From an uncultured Gemmatimonadaceae bacterium (GTDB lineage: Bacteria > Gemmatimonadota > Gemmatimonadetes > Gemmatimonadales > Gemmatimonadaceae), in assembly GCA_963761305.1 (NCBI GenBank), contig CAVXGK010000002.1, forward strand, positions 2,048,001 to 2,112,000: a stretch of DNA of 64,000 bases, read 5' to 3'. A model generated the notes under the pieces. The model was not told the origin of the DNA. It saw only the letters and a list, made by a program, of their open reading frames with translations, and did not search any database. The translations under genes and the position numbers were made by a program. Shown here one piece after another: positions 19,339 through 29,530 of the stretch. How positions within the stretch are numbered: the first letter of the stretch is position 1; each line of letters opens with the position of its first letter.

Positions 19339-21306
19339 ATGATCGCTGCGCTGGGCACGCTTATGTCCGCTGTGTGCCTCATCTACCATGGAACACAGCG
19401 CGCGCCTGACGAGTTGGGAGCCGCTCTCACCGCCGAGCAGCGCGCGAAAATCCGTTGGCGTCCGGCGAGCGAACTGTTGGCCAAGACGCCGACCGCGGAT
19501 GCGCCTGCCGTCCTTATCGCGGACAGCGCCCTCCTCCGGGAACACGATGAGTTGCGCGCGTTGTCCCAGCATGTGGTGATCGTGGCGGCGGACGCCGCTG
19601 CGGCAACGACGCTCGGTCGACGAGCCGACGTCGTGATCGCCGGCGTGCGCGACGATCCGGCCAGGGCCTCGCTGATCGAAGCCGCATGCCGGCTCGCCGC
19701 CTCGCGACTCGAGGCGGCTGCCCTGGAGCACAAGCTCGTCCGCGGCGACGACGAGTTTCGCGAGCTGTGCCGCGTCGTCACGGCGCTGATGCACGAACGC
19801 GATCGCACGGCGTTGTTGACCCTCATCGTGCGCTTCGGAAAGTCGATCGTCGAGAGCGACGGTGGTGGCGTGCTGCTGCTCGAGAACGACGCGCAGGCGG
19901 GCGCACGCCTTCGCCCATTCGTCTTCGAGCTCGACTCCCTGCCGGGCCTGCGCCTTCCGACCGTGAGCTTTCCGGTCGGCAACAAGAGCATGGTGGGGTA
20001 CGCGGCCTTTTCCCGGGAACCCGTCGTCGTCGCCGACGCCGAGGCGCTACCGCCCGACGCCGCGTTCGAAGCGAACGCGGACTTCGAGCGCCGTTACGGC
20101 TATCCGGCGCGGTCGATGATGGCCGTGCCCATGCTCACGCAGCGAGACGAGGTCCTCGGCGTCGTCTTCTTCATCAACCGCAAGACGGATCCCCGCGTCT
20201 CGATCATGGCGCACGAGGACGCAGACCGGTACATCGTTCCGTTTTCGGATCGGCATCTTCGGCTGGCGCGCTCGCTCGCGAGCATGGCGGCGGTCGCGAT
20301 CGAGAACGCACGACTATACGTCGAGATCGAGCACATCCTCGAAAGTCTCGTCAAGGCGGCCGTCTCCGCGATCGACGCGCGTGACCCAACCACCGCCGGC
20401 CACTCCGTTCGGGTGGCGACGCTCACCACCGGCCTCGCCGAGGCGGTCCAGCGCGCGGGTCGCGGCGCGTACCGCGACCTGCGGTTTTCGCACGAACAGA
20501 TGCGCGAGCTGCGGTTCGCCGCGCTGCTTCACGATTTTGGAAAGGTCGCGGTGCGCGAGGATGTGTTGACCAAGGCGAAGAAGCTTCCGCCCGTGCTCTG
20601 GGAACGCGTCGAGTCGCGTTTTCGACTGATCCACCTCACGCTGGAGCGCGACTACTTCAAGCGTCGTGCGGGTGAGTGTGGCCGCGGCGCCGGCGAACTC
20701 CCGGACTCGACGCGTTCGCCGGCGGAGCTCGCGGAGCAGCTGCGCGACGTGGACCGCCAGTTGGAGCTCGTGCGCGCCGCCAACGAGCCGTCGATGCTCG
20801 CCGCGCCGCAGAACACCGCGTTGATCGAAATCGCCAAGCGAACCTTTCAGGCTGACGACGGCCGTTGCGCGCCGTATCTCACGCCGGACGAGCTACGCTA
20901 TCTGCAGCTGGCCCAGGGAACGCTCGACGAGAAGGAGCGCGCCGAGGTCGAGTCGCACGTCGAGAAGACGGCCATGTTTCTCGAGCAGATTCCGTGGACG
21001 AATGATCTCAAGGATCTCGTCGTCTACGCGTCGGGTCATCACGAGAAGTTGAACGGCACCGGCTATCCGAACCATTTGAGGAGCGACGAGATCCCGGTGC
21101 AAACGCGCATGATCACCCTCGCCGACATGTTCGATGCCCTCACGGCGAACGACCGCCCCTACAAGCCCGCGATGGACGCCGAGCGCGCGCTCGCGATCCT
21201 CCGCGCGGAAGCGGACGCCGGCCTGCTCGACCGCGACCTGGTGGAGATCATGACGGAGAGTCAGGTCTACCGGACAATTCTCGACGAGGATTGGCGAAGG
21301 CTCTAA
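19339..21306 (+). CDS. GAF + HD-GYP c-di-GMP phosphodiesterase
   Basis: GAF (SMMAVPM..FINRK), TAGHSVRV, LLHDFGK, HHEKLNGTGYP, DRPYK; start may be 19363. Confidence 0.93.
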   Translation: MIAALGTLMSAVCLIYHGTQRAPDELGAALTAEQRAKIRWRPASELLAKTPTADAPAVLIADSALLREHDELRALSQHVVIVAADAAAATTLGRRADVVIAGVRDDPARASLIEAACRLAASRLEAAALEHKLVRGDDEFRELCRVVTALMHERDRTALLTLIVRFGKSIVESDGGGVLLLENDAQAGARLRPFVFELDSLPGLRLPTVSFPVGNKSMVGYAAFSREPVVVADAEALPPDAAFEANADFERRYGYPARSMMAVPMLTQRDEVLGVVFFINRKTDPRVSIMAHEDADRYIVPFSDRHLRLARSLASMAAVAIENARLYVEIEHILESLVKAAVSAIDARDPTTAGHSVRVATLTTGLAEAVQRAGRGAYRDLRFSHEQMRELRFAALLHDFGKVAVREDVLTKAKKLPPVLWERVESRFRLIHLTLERDYFKRRAGECGRGAGELPDSTRSPAELAEQLRDVDRQLELVRAANEPSMLAAPQNTALIEIAKRTFQADDGRCAPYLTPDELRYLQLAQGTLDEKERAEVESHVEKTAMFLEQIPWTNDLKDLVVYASGHHEKLNGTGYPNHLRSDEIPVQTRMITLADMFDALTANDRPYKPAMDAERALAILRAEADAGLLDRDLVEIMTESQVYRTILDEDWRRL

Positions 21307-21311
21307 CGCGA

Positions 21312-21378
21312 ACGGCGAAGGTGACAAACGGCGAAGGTGACAAACGGCGAGACTAACGAAGAGCGAAGGTGACGAACG
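21312..21378 (+). repeat. About four 16-bp units (AACGGCGAAGGTGACA-type), inverted relative to the 21447 array
   Basis: Read directly after the HD-GYP stop. Confidence 0.8.
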
Positions 21379-21446
21379 CCGATAACGGCGAACCGGCGAG
21401 CCGCGCCGTTCGCCGTCTCGCTCTTCTCGGAGTTCGTCACCTTCGC

Positions 21447-21654
21447 CGTTTGTTAGTTTCGCGGTTTGTTAGTTTCGCGGTTTGTTAGTTTCGCGGTTTG
21501 TTAGTTTCGCGGTTTGTTAGTTTCGCGGTTTGTTAGTTTCGCGGTTTGTTAGTTTCGCGGTTTGTTAGTTTCGCGGTTTGTTAGTTTCGCCGTTTGTTAG
21601 TTTCGCCCTTCGTTAGTTTCGCCCTTCGTTAGTTTCGCCCTTCGTTAGTTTCGC
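21447..21654. repeat. Tandem array of 13 x 16-bp units (GGTTTGTTAGTTTCGC x8, CGTTTG- x2, CCTTCG- x3)
   Basis: Counted directly; ends 8 bp from the stop of the second ADOP permease. Confidence 0.97.
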
Positions 21655-21662
21655 CCTCCGGC

Positions 21663-24398
21663 CTACTCCTCCCGCAGCGCCCCGATCGGATCGATGCGCA
21701 TCGCCCGCCGCGCCGGAACGAACACCGCCGCGACCGCGCTCGCGACCAACACCGCCACTGCAACCGCCAGCGACGCCGGATCGCTCGAGATGTCGTTCAG
21801 ATGGTGCTCCAGAATCCGAGCCGCGCCCATCGAGAGCGGCAGCCCGACCACCACGCCGGCCGCCACCGGTCGCAACCCGTCCCGCATCACCAGTCGCGCG
21901 ATGTCCGCTCGCCGTGCGCCGAGCGCGATGCGGACGCCGATCTCGCTGGTGCGACGTGCGATGCTGTAGCTCGTCACGCCGAACAGTCCGATCGCCGCGA
22001 GCAGCAGCGCCAACGCACCAAGCCCCGTGGCCAAGCGCGCCACGAGACGCTCGTCCCGAATCGACAGGCGAATGAGCTCCGTCACGGGCTCCAAGTCGTC
22101 GATCGCGATCGAGCGATCGGTTTCAGTGATCGCGCGCCGCACGAGTTGCACGAGCGCCGACGGATCGCCCGTCGTGCGGACGAGCAGCCGCAGCTGCTTC
22201 GGCTGGCCGAACTTCGTCGTGCCGCTTTGATGGAGATACGGGATGTAGATGCGGCGCGCCGCGCCGGGGGCGCCGGTCGTGTCGAGCGACTGCCCCCGCA
22301 CGTCGGCGATCACGCCGACGATCTGGACGGCGCTCGAGTCGTCGAAGCGAACGAGCCCGCCGACGGCATTGCCGCCGGCGAAAAAGAATCGCGCGAACGA
22401 CGCGTTGACGAGCGCGGTGTGCGGCGCGACGCTCTCATCGACCGCGCCGAGATCCCGTCCCGCGACGACGCGCGCGCCGAGCGCCGCCGCGTAGCCGGCC
22501 CCTACCTGGTCCGCCGCGGTGACTGTGTCTTTCGGTGTGCTCACCGCGTGACCGGCGACGTGAATGTCGGTGTGCCATTCGGTGCCGCTGAAGATTCCGT
22601 TCACCGAATACGACACGGCGCTCACGCCGGGAATCGCCACGAGCCGGTCACGGAGCGCGTGTACAGCGTTGGCGAGCCGCGCGTCGGCGTAGCCCGGCGT
22701 CGCTACGTCGAGCTCTCCGACGATCAGATGATCGCGGTCGAATCCAAGCGGGATCGACTCGGTCCGTCGCAGACTCCCGGTGAGGATAGTCGCGCCCGCC
22801 AGCAGCACGAGCGACAGCGCCGCCTGCGCGGCGATCAGCACTGTGCCGAACCGCGCGCCGTGCGTCACCGAGCGCCCGGTGGAACGCAGCGTCGCCGCCA
22901 GATCGACGCGCGACGCGCGCAGGGCCGGCGCCAGCCCAAAGAACAGCACCGATACTATAGACAGGCCGAACGTGAACGCCAGCGTGCGTGGCGTCGGGCC
23001 GAGCGATACCGAGATGGGACTGCCCTCCGACGCCATCGCCACGAGCGCGCGACTTCCCCACCACGCGACGAGCAGTGCCGCCGCGCCGCTGACGAGAGCG
23101 AGCAGCAGACTCTCGGTGAGCAATTGTCGCACGATCCGCGCGCGGTTGGCGCCGATCGCGATGCGCAGCGACATCTCTCGCCGCCGCGCGACGCCGCGCG
23201 CGAGCAGAAGGTTGGCCACGTTCACGCAGACGATCGCGAGCAGCAGCGCCACGCCGAGCATGAGCGCGACGAGTGGATTCCCGAACGTGTCTCGGACGCT
23301 GGAGAGCCCACGCGCGCCGGACGCGAACGCGAGTGTGAAGCCGCGCTCCTTGATCTCGCTCAGCTCGTCCGGCGGTGCCGCCGCACGAATCGCCGCTTCG
23401 ATGACGGGCGACGTCGCCGCGCGCACCTGCGCCAGCGTCAGGCCAGGCTTGGCGCGCCCGATGAGCATGAGCCACATCATTCGGCGGTCGGCGAGGATCG
23501 CGTTGTTCGGATGGAAACGGTCGCGGAGTCCCACGGGCAGCCAGATGTCCGTCCGTTCGCCGACGACTTCGCCGGTGAACCCGGCCTGCGCCACGCCGGT
23601 GATGGTCACCCGAATGCCGTCGATGCGCACGTCGCGCCCGACGATGGACCGATCCTGATGGAAGCGACGCGTCCAATACTCGTGGCTGATCGTCGCCTCC
23701 GCCGGTGCACTCGCGTCGTCAGCCTGCGCGTCGAGCGTGCGCCCGGCCGCGGCGCTTACGCCGAGAACGGCGAAGTAGTTGCCCGACACCAGCCGGCCGT
23801 GAGGATGCTCCGGCCCCGTCGCCGACTCGGCGAAGTATGCATCGACGCGGTCCGACACTCCGACGGCAGCGAGCCCGTCGAAGGAACCCGCGTTTTTGCG
23901 CACGTCGAGGTACAGCGGATACGAGTACATGAGACCATCGGGCGTGCCGTGGCCGCGTGAATCGACGTAGTGGGGGTCGCCGACGACGACCAGCCCTTCA
24001 GGATTCCTGACGGGCAGCGTGCGCACCAGCACGGCGTCGACGAGCGAGTAGATCGCCGCGTTGGCGCCGATGCCGAGCGCGAGTCCGCCGATCACGAGTC
24101 CGGCGAGGGCGGCGTTCCGTCGAAGTGTCCGGATGCCGTAGGCGACATCCTGCCGAATCTCGCCGGCGATACGCCGGCGGCGGCCCGCTGTCTCTCGTTC
24201 TCGATCGAGCAGGAGCATGTCGCCGCGAACGCCGTGCACGTCGCCGAACTGTCTCAGCGCCGCCGCGCGCGCGTCCTCCGGCGACATGCCGCCGGCGACG
24301 AGCGCGTCGATGCGCGTTTGGAGATGAAACAGGATCTCGTCGTCGACTTCGCGAACGAGGCGAAACCGGCTGAACGGAATTCGGAACACTCGGCGCAC
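21663..24398 (-). CDS. ADOP-family duplicated ABC permease (second copy)
   Basis: EVDDEILFHL, LALGIGANAAIYS, IVCVNVANLLL, EIGVRIALGA, PARRAMRIDPIGALREE. Confidence 0.95.
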   Translation of the reverse strand: MRRVFRIPFSRFRLVREVDDEILFHLQTRIDALVAGGMSPEDARAAALRQFGDVHGVRGDMLLLDRERETAGRRRRIAGEIRQDVAYGIRTLRRNAALAGLVIGGLALGIGANAAIYSLVDAVLVRTLPVRNPEGLVVVGDPHYVDSRGHGTPDGLMYSYPLYLDVRKNAGSFDGLAAVGVSDRVDAYFAESATGPEHPHGRLVSGNYFAVLGVSAAAGRTLDAQADDASAPAEATISHEYWTRRFHQDRSIVGRDVRIDGIRVTITGVAQAGFTGEVVGERTDIWLPVGLRDRFHPNNAILADRRMMWLMLIGRAKPGLTLAQVRAATSPVIEAAIRAAAPPDELSEIKERGFTLAFASGARGLSSVRDTFGNPLVALMLGVALLLAIVCVNVANLLLARGVARRREMSLRIAIGANRARIVRQLLTESLLLALVSGAAALLVAWWGSRALVAMASEGSPISVSLGPTPRTLAFTFGLSIVSVLFFGLAPALRASRVDLAATLRSTGRSVTHGARFGTVLIAAQAALSLVLLAGATILTGSLRRTESIPLGFDRDHLIVGELDVATPGYADARLANAVHALRDRLVAIPGVSAVSYSVNGIFSGTEWHTDIHVAGHAVSTPKDTVTAADQVGAGYAAALGARVVAGRDLGAVDESVAPHTALVNASFARFFFAGGNAVGGLVRFDDSSAVQIVGVIADVRGQSLDTTGAPGAARRIYIPYLHQSGTTKFGQPKQLRLLVRTTGDPSALVQLVRRAITETDRSIAIDDLEPVTELIRLSIRDERLVARLATGLGALALLLAAIGLFGVTSYSIARRTSEIGVRIALGARRADIARLVMRDGLRPVAAGVVVGLPLSMGAARILEHHLNDISSDPASLAVAVAVLVASAVAAVFVPARRAMRIDPIGALREE

Positions 24399-24409
24399 GC
24401 GATGCCCTT

Positions 24410-24457
24410 CCCCTCTATGTCAGATGGGAGTGTAGGAGCCGCCCCAAGCACTCGCAA
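24410..24457 (-). promoter_or_regulatory. Sigma70-type promoter TTGCGA-N17-TACACT followed by inverted repeat CCCATCT-N5-AGAGGGG
   Basis: -35 at 24457-24452, -10 at 24434-24429, palindrome 24428-24410 directly before the permease start. Confidence 0.6.
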
Positions 24458-24510
24458 GGGGTTCGGGATCAGACGGCCGCGCCGAGAGGCGTGCCCGGGT
24501 CTGGAACGGC

Positions 24511-25599
24511 CTACGCGCGTCGGCGAATGGCCAGTCGCGCCAGGAGCTTCGAAGCAACCGGTTCGAGCAGCGGCTTCACCGGCCGGAGCAGCGTTCGCGC
24601 AATTCGGCTGACGCGACTCGCCACGGGACGATCTCGCATCGCGGCCGCCGCGACGGCGGGGTCGAACACGACGTCGACCGGCGGTGCGCCTTCCGCGACT
24701 GAGTCGAGCGCCACCCACGCCTCTCGAAACTTGTCGAAGAAGAACTCGCGGGTTTCGCTCCGAATGGGCGCGAGCTCGGGCGGCCCTACTTCCTGCCCTG
24801 GCTTGACGCCACGGCCAATCGTGGGACTGACGTTGATCTCCCAGGTCTGAATGCGCCCGTCCGTCACGGAATAGTCCATCTGGCCGAAATCGATCTTCGC
24901 GAACGCGAAGATCTCGGCCAGCTGTTCCCGGTGCGGATTGTCCAGCACGTACTGCTTGTCCTCCATCACCAACTCACGTGTCAGGTCCGACGTTTCCAAC
25001 TTGAGCATCCACTCTCGCCCAGCGTTCAAGCTGCGGCCGTGAATCTGCCCGCCAAGGTTGTAGGCCGCGTATTTCCGAAAAATGCCTCGTGCGTCGGCCG
25101 TCGAATGGAACTCGACCACCATCAGGTCGTTCAGCGATTCACCGCGCAACAGCGCCGCGCCCACCGCGTCGTGAACCTGCCCCGGCGTGTTGAGCAGCGG
25201 AGACAGATTGCCGATGTGTTGGCGCTCGCTGCGCACGAACACCGGATAGCGCAGGCTCGCCAAGTCCTCGCCCGGTCTCGCCACGCGGAAATCGTTGCGC
25301 CCCGCCGCGTGCAGTTGCCTGAGCATTTCGAAACGACCCAGCGTGCGTCTGGGCCAATTGAGAATGCGAGATCCGCCCGCGGCGTCGAGCTGGTCACACA
25401 AGCTTGCGACGAGTGCTCGCATCTCAGGCCCCGCCTGATCGATCCCCGCGATGACGTAGGTTGCGCGGTCGAAGCGGCGCATCGCCGGCAGTTGCTCGAA
25501 ATCGATGACGCGAAACCGCTCGACGAACGCCGGCTGCTCCCACGAAAAGAACTCGTCCATCGTGAAACGGCTGGCGGCCGGCAGCACATAGCAAATCAC
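24511..25599 (-). CDS. ATP-grasp-like hypothetical protein
   Basis: YPVFVR, MVVEF, FRKY, DFGQMDYSV..TWEIN; GTG overlaps symporter stop (GTGA). Confidence 0.7.
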   Translation of the reverse strand: MICYVLPAASRFTMDEFFSWEQPAFVERFRVIDFEQLPAMRRFDRATYVIAGIDQAGPEMRALVASLCDQLDAAGGSRILNWPRRTLGRFEMLRQLHAAGRNDFRVARPGEDLASLRYPVFVRSERQHIGNLSPLLNTPGQVHDAVGAALLRGESLNDLMVVEFHSTADARGIFRKYAAYNLGGQIHGRSLNAGREWMLKLETSDLTRELVMEDKQYVLDNPHREQLAEIFAFAKIDFGQMDYSVTDGRIQTWEINVSPTIGRGVKPGQEVGPPELAPIRSETREFFFDKFREAWVALDSVAEGAPPVDVVFDPAVAAAAMRDRPVASRVSRIARTLLRPVKPLLEPVASKLLARLAIRRRA

Positions 25600-26954
25600 G
25601 AAGCGATCTCGACGGACTCGATCCGCGGCTCGCGAACGACGCCCACTCGTTCCAGGCCGCGCGTGAGAATCGTCGCGACGCTCATCTGACCCGTGACGTT
25701 CGCCACCGTCTCGAAGATGTCCGGAATGGTTTCCACTGCCTCGAGCATGACGACGCCTTCGACGGGAACGCCCGCCGCCACGAACAGGGGGATCATGCGC
25801 AAACCGCCGCCTGCGCCGCCGCCATTTGGAATGCCGGCTGCGCTCAACGTGAAGACGACTTCCGTCACGATGAACACGACGACGATCTCCGGCCGAAGTA
25901 CGATGCCATACACGTGGGCCAGGAACAGCAGCTTGATCGGATTCGCCATGACCGTGCCGATCCGAAACAGCGCGACGCCCAACGGCAGGATGAAATCCGT
26001 GGCGTTGGCGGTGAAGCCCATGTGGGCGCTGCCACCGGCGACAAGCGCCGGCAATGCCGCCAGCGAGGAGCGCGTGCTGGCCGCCACCATTTGAGCCGGC
26101 AGTACGGCCCGTGCGAACGCGCGAACGCTCGTACGCCCCGACACGGCGCTGATCGGATACAGCAATCCCGTACACAGAATCGTGATGCCGATACGCAGCA
26201 GGAGATATACGCCCAACGCGCCCGCCCACGACGTGCCGGCCTGCAACGCGATCAGGAAACTGAGCGCGAACACGCCGATCGGCGTCGCCAGCAACAGCCA
26301 TCGCACCACGATGAGCATGGCCTGCGACGTCGCCGAGAATGCGCGGGTCATGGGCACGCGGTGCTCGGTGGGAAGCTTGGCGACGGCGACGCCGAATACG
26401 ATCGCCGCCAGCAACAGCGGAAAAATGTCGCCCCGCGCCGCGGCCGCGAAAATGTTGCTGGGAACGAGCCCCACCCACCATGACTGCGTGGGTGCTTGGG
26501 TGGAGGCGCTCACCGCGGCGGCGGACAGCGGGACGGCCGGCAACGACGCGACTGCGCCCGAGGGTAGACGCACGACGGACAACCCTTCCCGCATTGCGAA
26601 CGCCCCAAAAAACGCCGCAACGGTAAGGGCGAGCACGAACACGAGAACAGCACGCACGCCGAGAGAGCCGGCCGACTCCGCGCTGGCGTTGGCCATGGCC
26701 GTAAGCGTCACCGCGAGCGCCAACGGCAGCGCGATCAATTGAAGCGCGGAGATCCAGAGATCTCCAACGGCGTTCGCGATGGTGCCGAGCAACGCAAACG
26801 GAGCTGCCGGCGACGCGTGTCCGACGATGCCAAGCGCCAGGCCGCCGGCAAAACCGAGCAGCGACCACGTCGTGAACGACATGAAAGGAACGCGCGACCG
26901 GTCTGGCCTGGCTGATGTCACGATGTCACGTCGCGACGACGAATCCACCGTCAC
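25596..26954 (-). CDS. Dicarboxylate/amino acid:cation symporter (DAACS)
   Basis: LVPSNIFAAAA, TPIGVFAL, STRSSLAALP, FILPLG, DIFETVANVTG; start may be ATG 26882. Confidence 0.93.
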   Translation of the reverse strand: MTVDSSSRRDIVTSARPDRSRVPFMSFTTWSLLGFAGGLALGIVGHASPAAPFALLGTIANAVGDLWISALQLIALPLALAVTLTAMANASAESAGSLGVRAVLVFVLALTVAAFFGAFAMREGLSVVRLPSGAVASLPAVPLSAAAVSASTQAPTQSWWVGLVPSNIFAAAARGDIFPLLLAAIVFGVAVAKLPTEHRVPMTRAFSATSQAMLIVVRWLLLATPIGVFALSFLIALQAGTSWAGALGVYLLLRIGITILCTGLLYPISAVSGRTSVRAFARAVLPAQMVAASTRSSLAALPALVAGGSAHMGFTANATDFILPLGVALFRIGTVMANPIKLLFLAHVYGIVLRPEIVVVFIVTEVVFTLSAAGIPNGGGAGGGLRMIPLFVAAGVPVEGVVMLEAVETIPDIFETVANVTGQMSVATILTRGLERVGVVREPRIESVEIAS

Positions 26955-29530
26955 GGCTCGCGATCGACGCGGTTCGCGGTAAAACCGTCCGCGGGAACCC
27001 TGAACGCCGTGGCTTTGCCATCCTTGAATATGAATTCGACCATTCCCGGAAACGGTCCGACCGTCCCGATGAGCCGACTCGGCGACAGCACAGCGAAGGG
27101 CGTCCCCACCGTGAGGTCCCGCCCCGGCGATTCCCCCGGCCGGCCCGAGTTCATCATCGTGAGCACGCCATCGTGGATCTCGACGGCGAATCCGAATTCA
27201 TAGCGCCCCACAAAACGCGCCAGTGCGGTGTCCGACAGCTTCAACCCCGCAACGCGCTGGAGCGAACGCGCGCTCGCCCCGGTCCCCGTCGCGACGCGGG
27301 ATCCGTCGAAGCGAAAGTGCTCGACCGGAATCGCCTCTTTCACAAGCCCGTTCTGGCACGTTCCCGGCACGAACGAACCATCGGCCAACGGAATCAGGCA
27401 GTGCGCCGGAGACTCCACGCCGGCAACCGTTCGACTCACGACGAGACCCGTCGAGCCCGACCATACACTCACGACGTCAGGCGACGGCGCGCTCGTCGAC
27501 GAAACGTACGCGCCGACCAGCTTGGGCAGCTCCGCGCTCAAAGGGTCGCCAACCGTGAGCGATGTGCCAGTTGCCGCCACGCGCAAATCGGCCTCGACGA
27601 CGGGACCCACTCCGAACGCAATTCGCTGTGGAACCGAAGCGTCACGCGCTGGATAATAGTCCGTCGAAACTTCGAGCACGTACACGCCAGGTGTCGCCGG
27701 CGTCCACTCGAAATCGTACGTCTCGCCGACGTCCATGCGCTGCTTCGCGTCCTTTTCGACGCGATTCGCGGCGGGCAGCGTTGCGCCGTCCTTCGCGAAG
27801 GGCCGCCATGTCACCGGCTTGCCATTCAGCAGCAGCCGAACGTTTTTCACGTCGTCCAGGCTGATGTGCGTGAACCGGAGACGGTATGTCTTGCCCACGC
27901 TGAAACGCTGGGCTGGCGCCATGCCACGGCCGTTGATCGCCGCGTCTGCGTCCAACGTCGCTCCGCGTGAACCGAGCACGAAAAGCCGGTCGTTCTCGGG
28001 GTTGAGCTCGTGGCTGGCATCCAGCACGATCAACGTTCCGTAGAGCCCCCGCGCCAACTCTGCCCCGAGCTCGCCGTGCGTGTGGTACATGAACGTTCCC
28101 GCTCGCGGCGGAGTGATGTACACGCTCATCGTGTCCGATGGCGGAATCATTCCCCGCGTGTTGCCGGGTTGACCGCTCCAGTTCCCGACGCCGTCATAGT
28201 AGCTCTCGAGCTCGAGGCCGTGCCAATGCACACCGAGCGGAAACGGCAGCCGGTTGTGCACCACGATCCGCGTCGGCTCGCCCCGCTCCAGAATGAGTGG
28301 GCTTCCCGGTACTACGATAGAATCGCGCGCCGGGGGCCGACTGCCGCGCTGCACGACAAACCCGTAGCCGGCCGAGTCACCGAAGACCTGCGGCCGCAGT
28401 CCGGTCCACAGGTCCAGCCTGCGAGCGTTCGCCGGGCGCGTCGTCGCGACCGCAGCGCGCGGGCGGACGATGATGCCGACGATAAAGCCACCCATCCCGT
28501 GATCGCCCGACATGTCGCTCGTCGACGTGACGGCGAGTGATTCGGCCGAGTATTTCTGGATCCCGCTCGAATGTCGAATGAGGTGGCAGTGGAACAGCCA
28601 GTTGCCGGGGCGATCCGCCACCCACGACAGCTGCATCGTCGAGATGTCGCGCATGCCCTCGGTCACTTCGAGCGGTCTCGGGCTGTTGACGATCGTGTCC
28701 ACCTGCCCGTCGCCCCGCGAGCCCACCGTGAAGTAAAATCCGTGGAGATGCAATGGGTGATACACACCGCTCACGTTGATGACGCGCCAGTGAACGGTGT
28801 CGCCTTGATCGTAGACGAGACGCTCGGTGTGTGGCCAGGAAAGTCCGTTGAGGCTCATCCGCCGCGTCACGTCGGCCGGCTCCAACGGTGAGGAGTAGCC
28901 CGTGATGACGAAGACGCGCTCGTTCGCGGGCGGAGCCGCTTCGGCAGGGTCGACGATGAACGCGCCGACCAAACCTCCTTGTGTGCTCCCTCCGGCGGGT
29001 GATGAGAACGAGCCCTCGGGTAACGTATCCGTGGCGTTTGGCAGCAGGCGCGCAAAATAGAACGACGTCACTGCCCGGGTCGGCGTGAAACGCACTTCGC
29101 GCTCCTCGCCCGGCGCGAGTCTCAGCGGGGGCTGCTGCGTAAAGCCCAGCACGCCATCGACCGCTGTATCTCCCGGCACGCGATCGCTCAACCCACGAAC
29201 CCGCACGGCTCGCGCGAGTCTGTTGCGAATGGAAACGCGCACCGGAGTACCGGCGCGCACGCGCAGCAGCGGTCCAGGCAACTGCGGTGCGTGACCGCCC
29301 TCGGCGAATCCGAACGCCGGCACGAGAGGACCGTGGGGCCCGCGCGGCGACCACGTGATGTCGACCACATCGAGCTCGACGCGAAGCTCGCCGTCGACCA
29401 GCCGGCCTGCGGGAGTGCGCTGATCGTTCGCGTCGGCGTGAAGGGCGGCCCGGTGCGGAAGCGTTGCGGTTGGGACCGCAATGGCGGTGAGAACGGTCGC
29501 CGCCATGAGGACACCAAGCCGCGTCTGCAT
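26951..29530 (-). CDS. Multicopper oxidase with reversed motif order (copy 1)
   Basis: HPLHLHG and WLFHCHLIRH come before HWHG and YHTH; Sec-type signal; GAGGTGA RBS. Confidence 0.9.
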   Translation of the reverse strand: MQTRLGVLMAATVLTAIAVPTATLPHRAALHADANDQRTPAGRLVDGELRVELDVVDITWSPRGPHGPLVPAFGFAEGGHAPQLPGPLLRVRAGTPVRVSIRNRLARAVRVRGLSDRVPGDTAVDGVLGFTQQPPLRLAPGEEREVRFTPTRAVTSFYFARLLPNATDTLPEGSFSSPAGGSTQGGLVGAFIVDPAEAAPPANERVFVITGYSSPLEPADVTRRMSLNGLSWPHTERLVYDQGDTVHWRVINVSGVYHPLHLHGFYFTVGSRGDGQVDTIVNSPRPLEVTEGMRDISTMQLSWVADRPGNWLFHCHLIRHSSGIQKYSAESLAVTSTSDMSGDHGMGGFIVGIIVRPRAAVATTRPANARRLDLWTGLRPQVFGDSAGYGFVVQRGSRPPARDSIVVPGSPLILERGEPTRIVVHNRLPFPLGVHWHGLELESYYDGVGNWSGQPGNTRGMIPPSDTMSVYITPPRAGTFMYHTHGELGAELARGLYGTLIVLDASHELNPENDRLFVLGSRGATLDADAAINGRGMAPAQRFSVGKTYRLRFTHISLDDVKNVRLLLNGKPVTWRPFAKDGATLPAANRVEKDAKQRMDVGETYDFEWTPATPGVYVLEVSTDYYPARDASVPQRIAFGVGPVVEADLRVAATGTSLTVGDPLSAELPKLVGAYVSSTSAPSPDVVSVWSGSTGLVVSRTVAGVESPAHCLIPLADGSFVPGTCQNGLVKEAIPVEHFRFDGSRVATGTGASARSLQRVAGLKLSDTALARFVGRYEFGFAVEIHDGVLTMMNSGRPGESPGRDLTVGTPFAVLSPSRLIGTVGPFPGMVEFIFKDGKATAFRVPADGFTANRVDREP

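Noticed and set aside
25600..26868. 785-aa ORF 24511-26868
   Set aside because: The upstream part is an alternative frame of the symporter; only 24511-25599 looks coding
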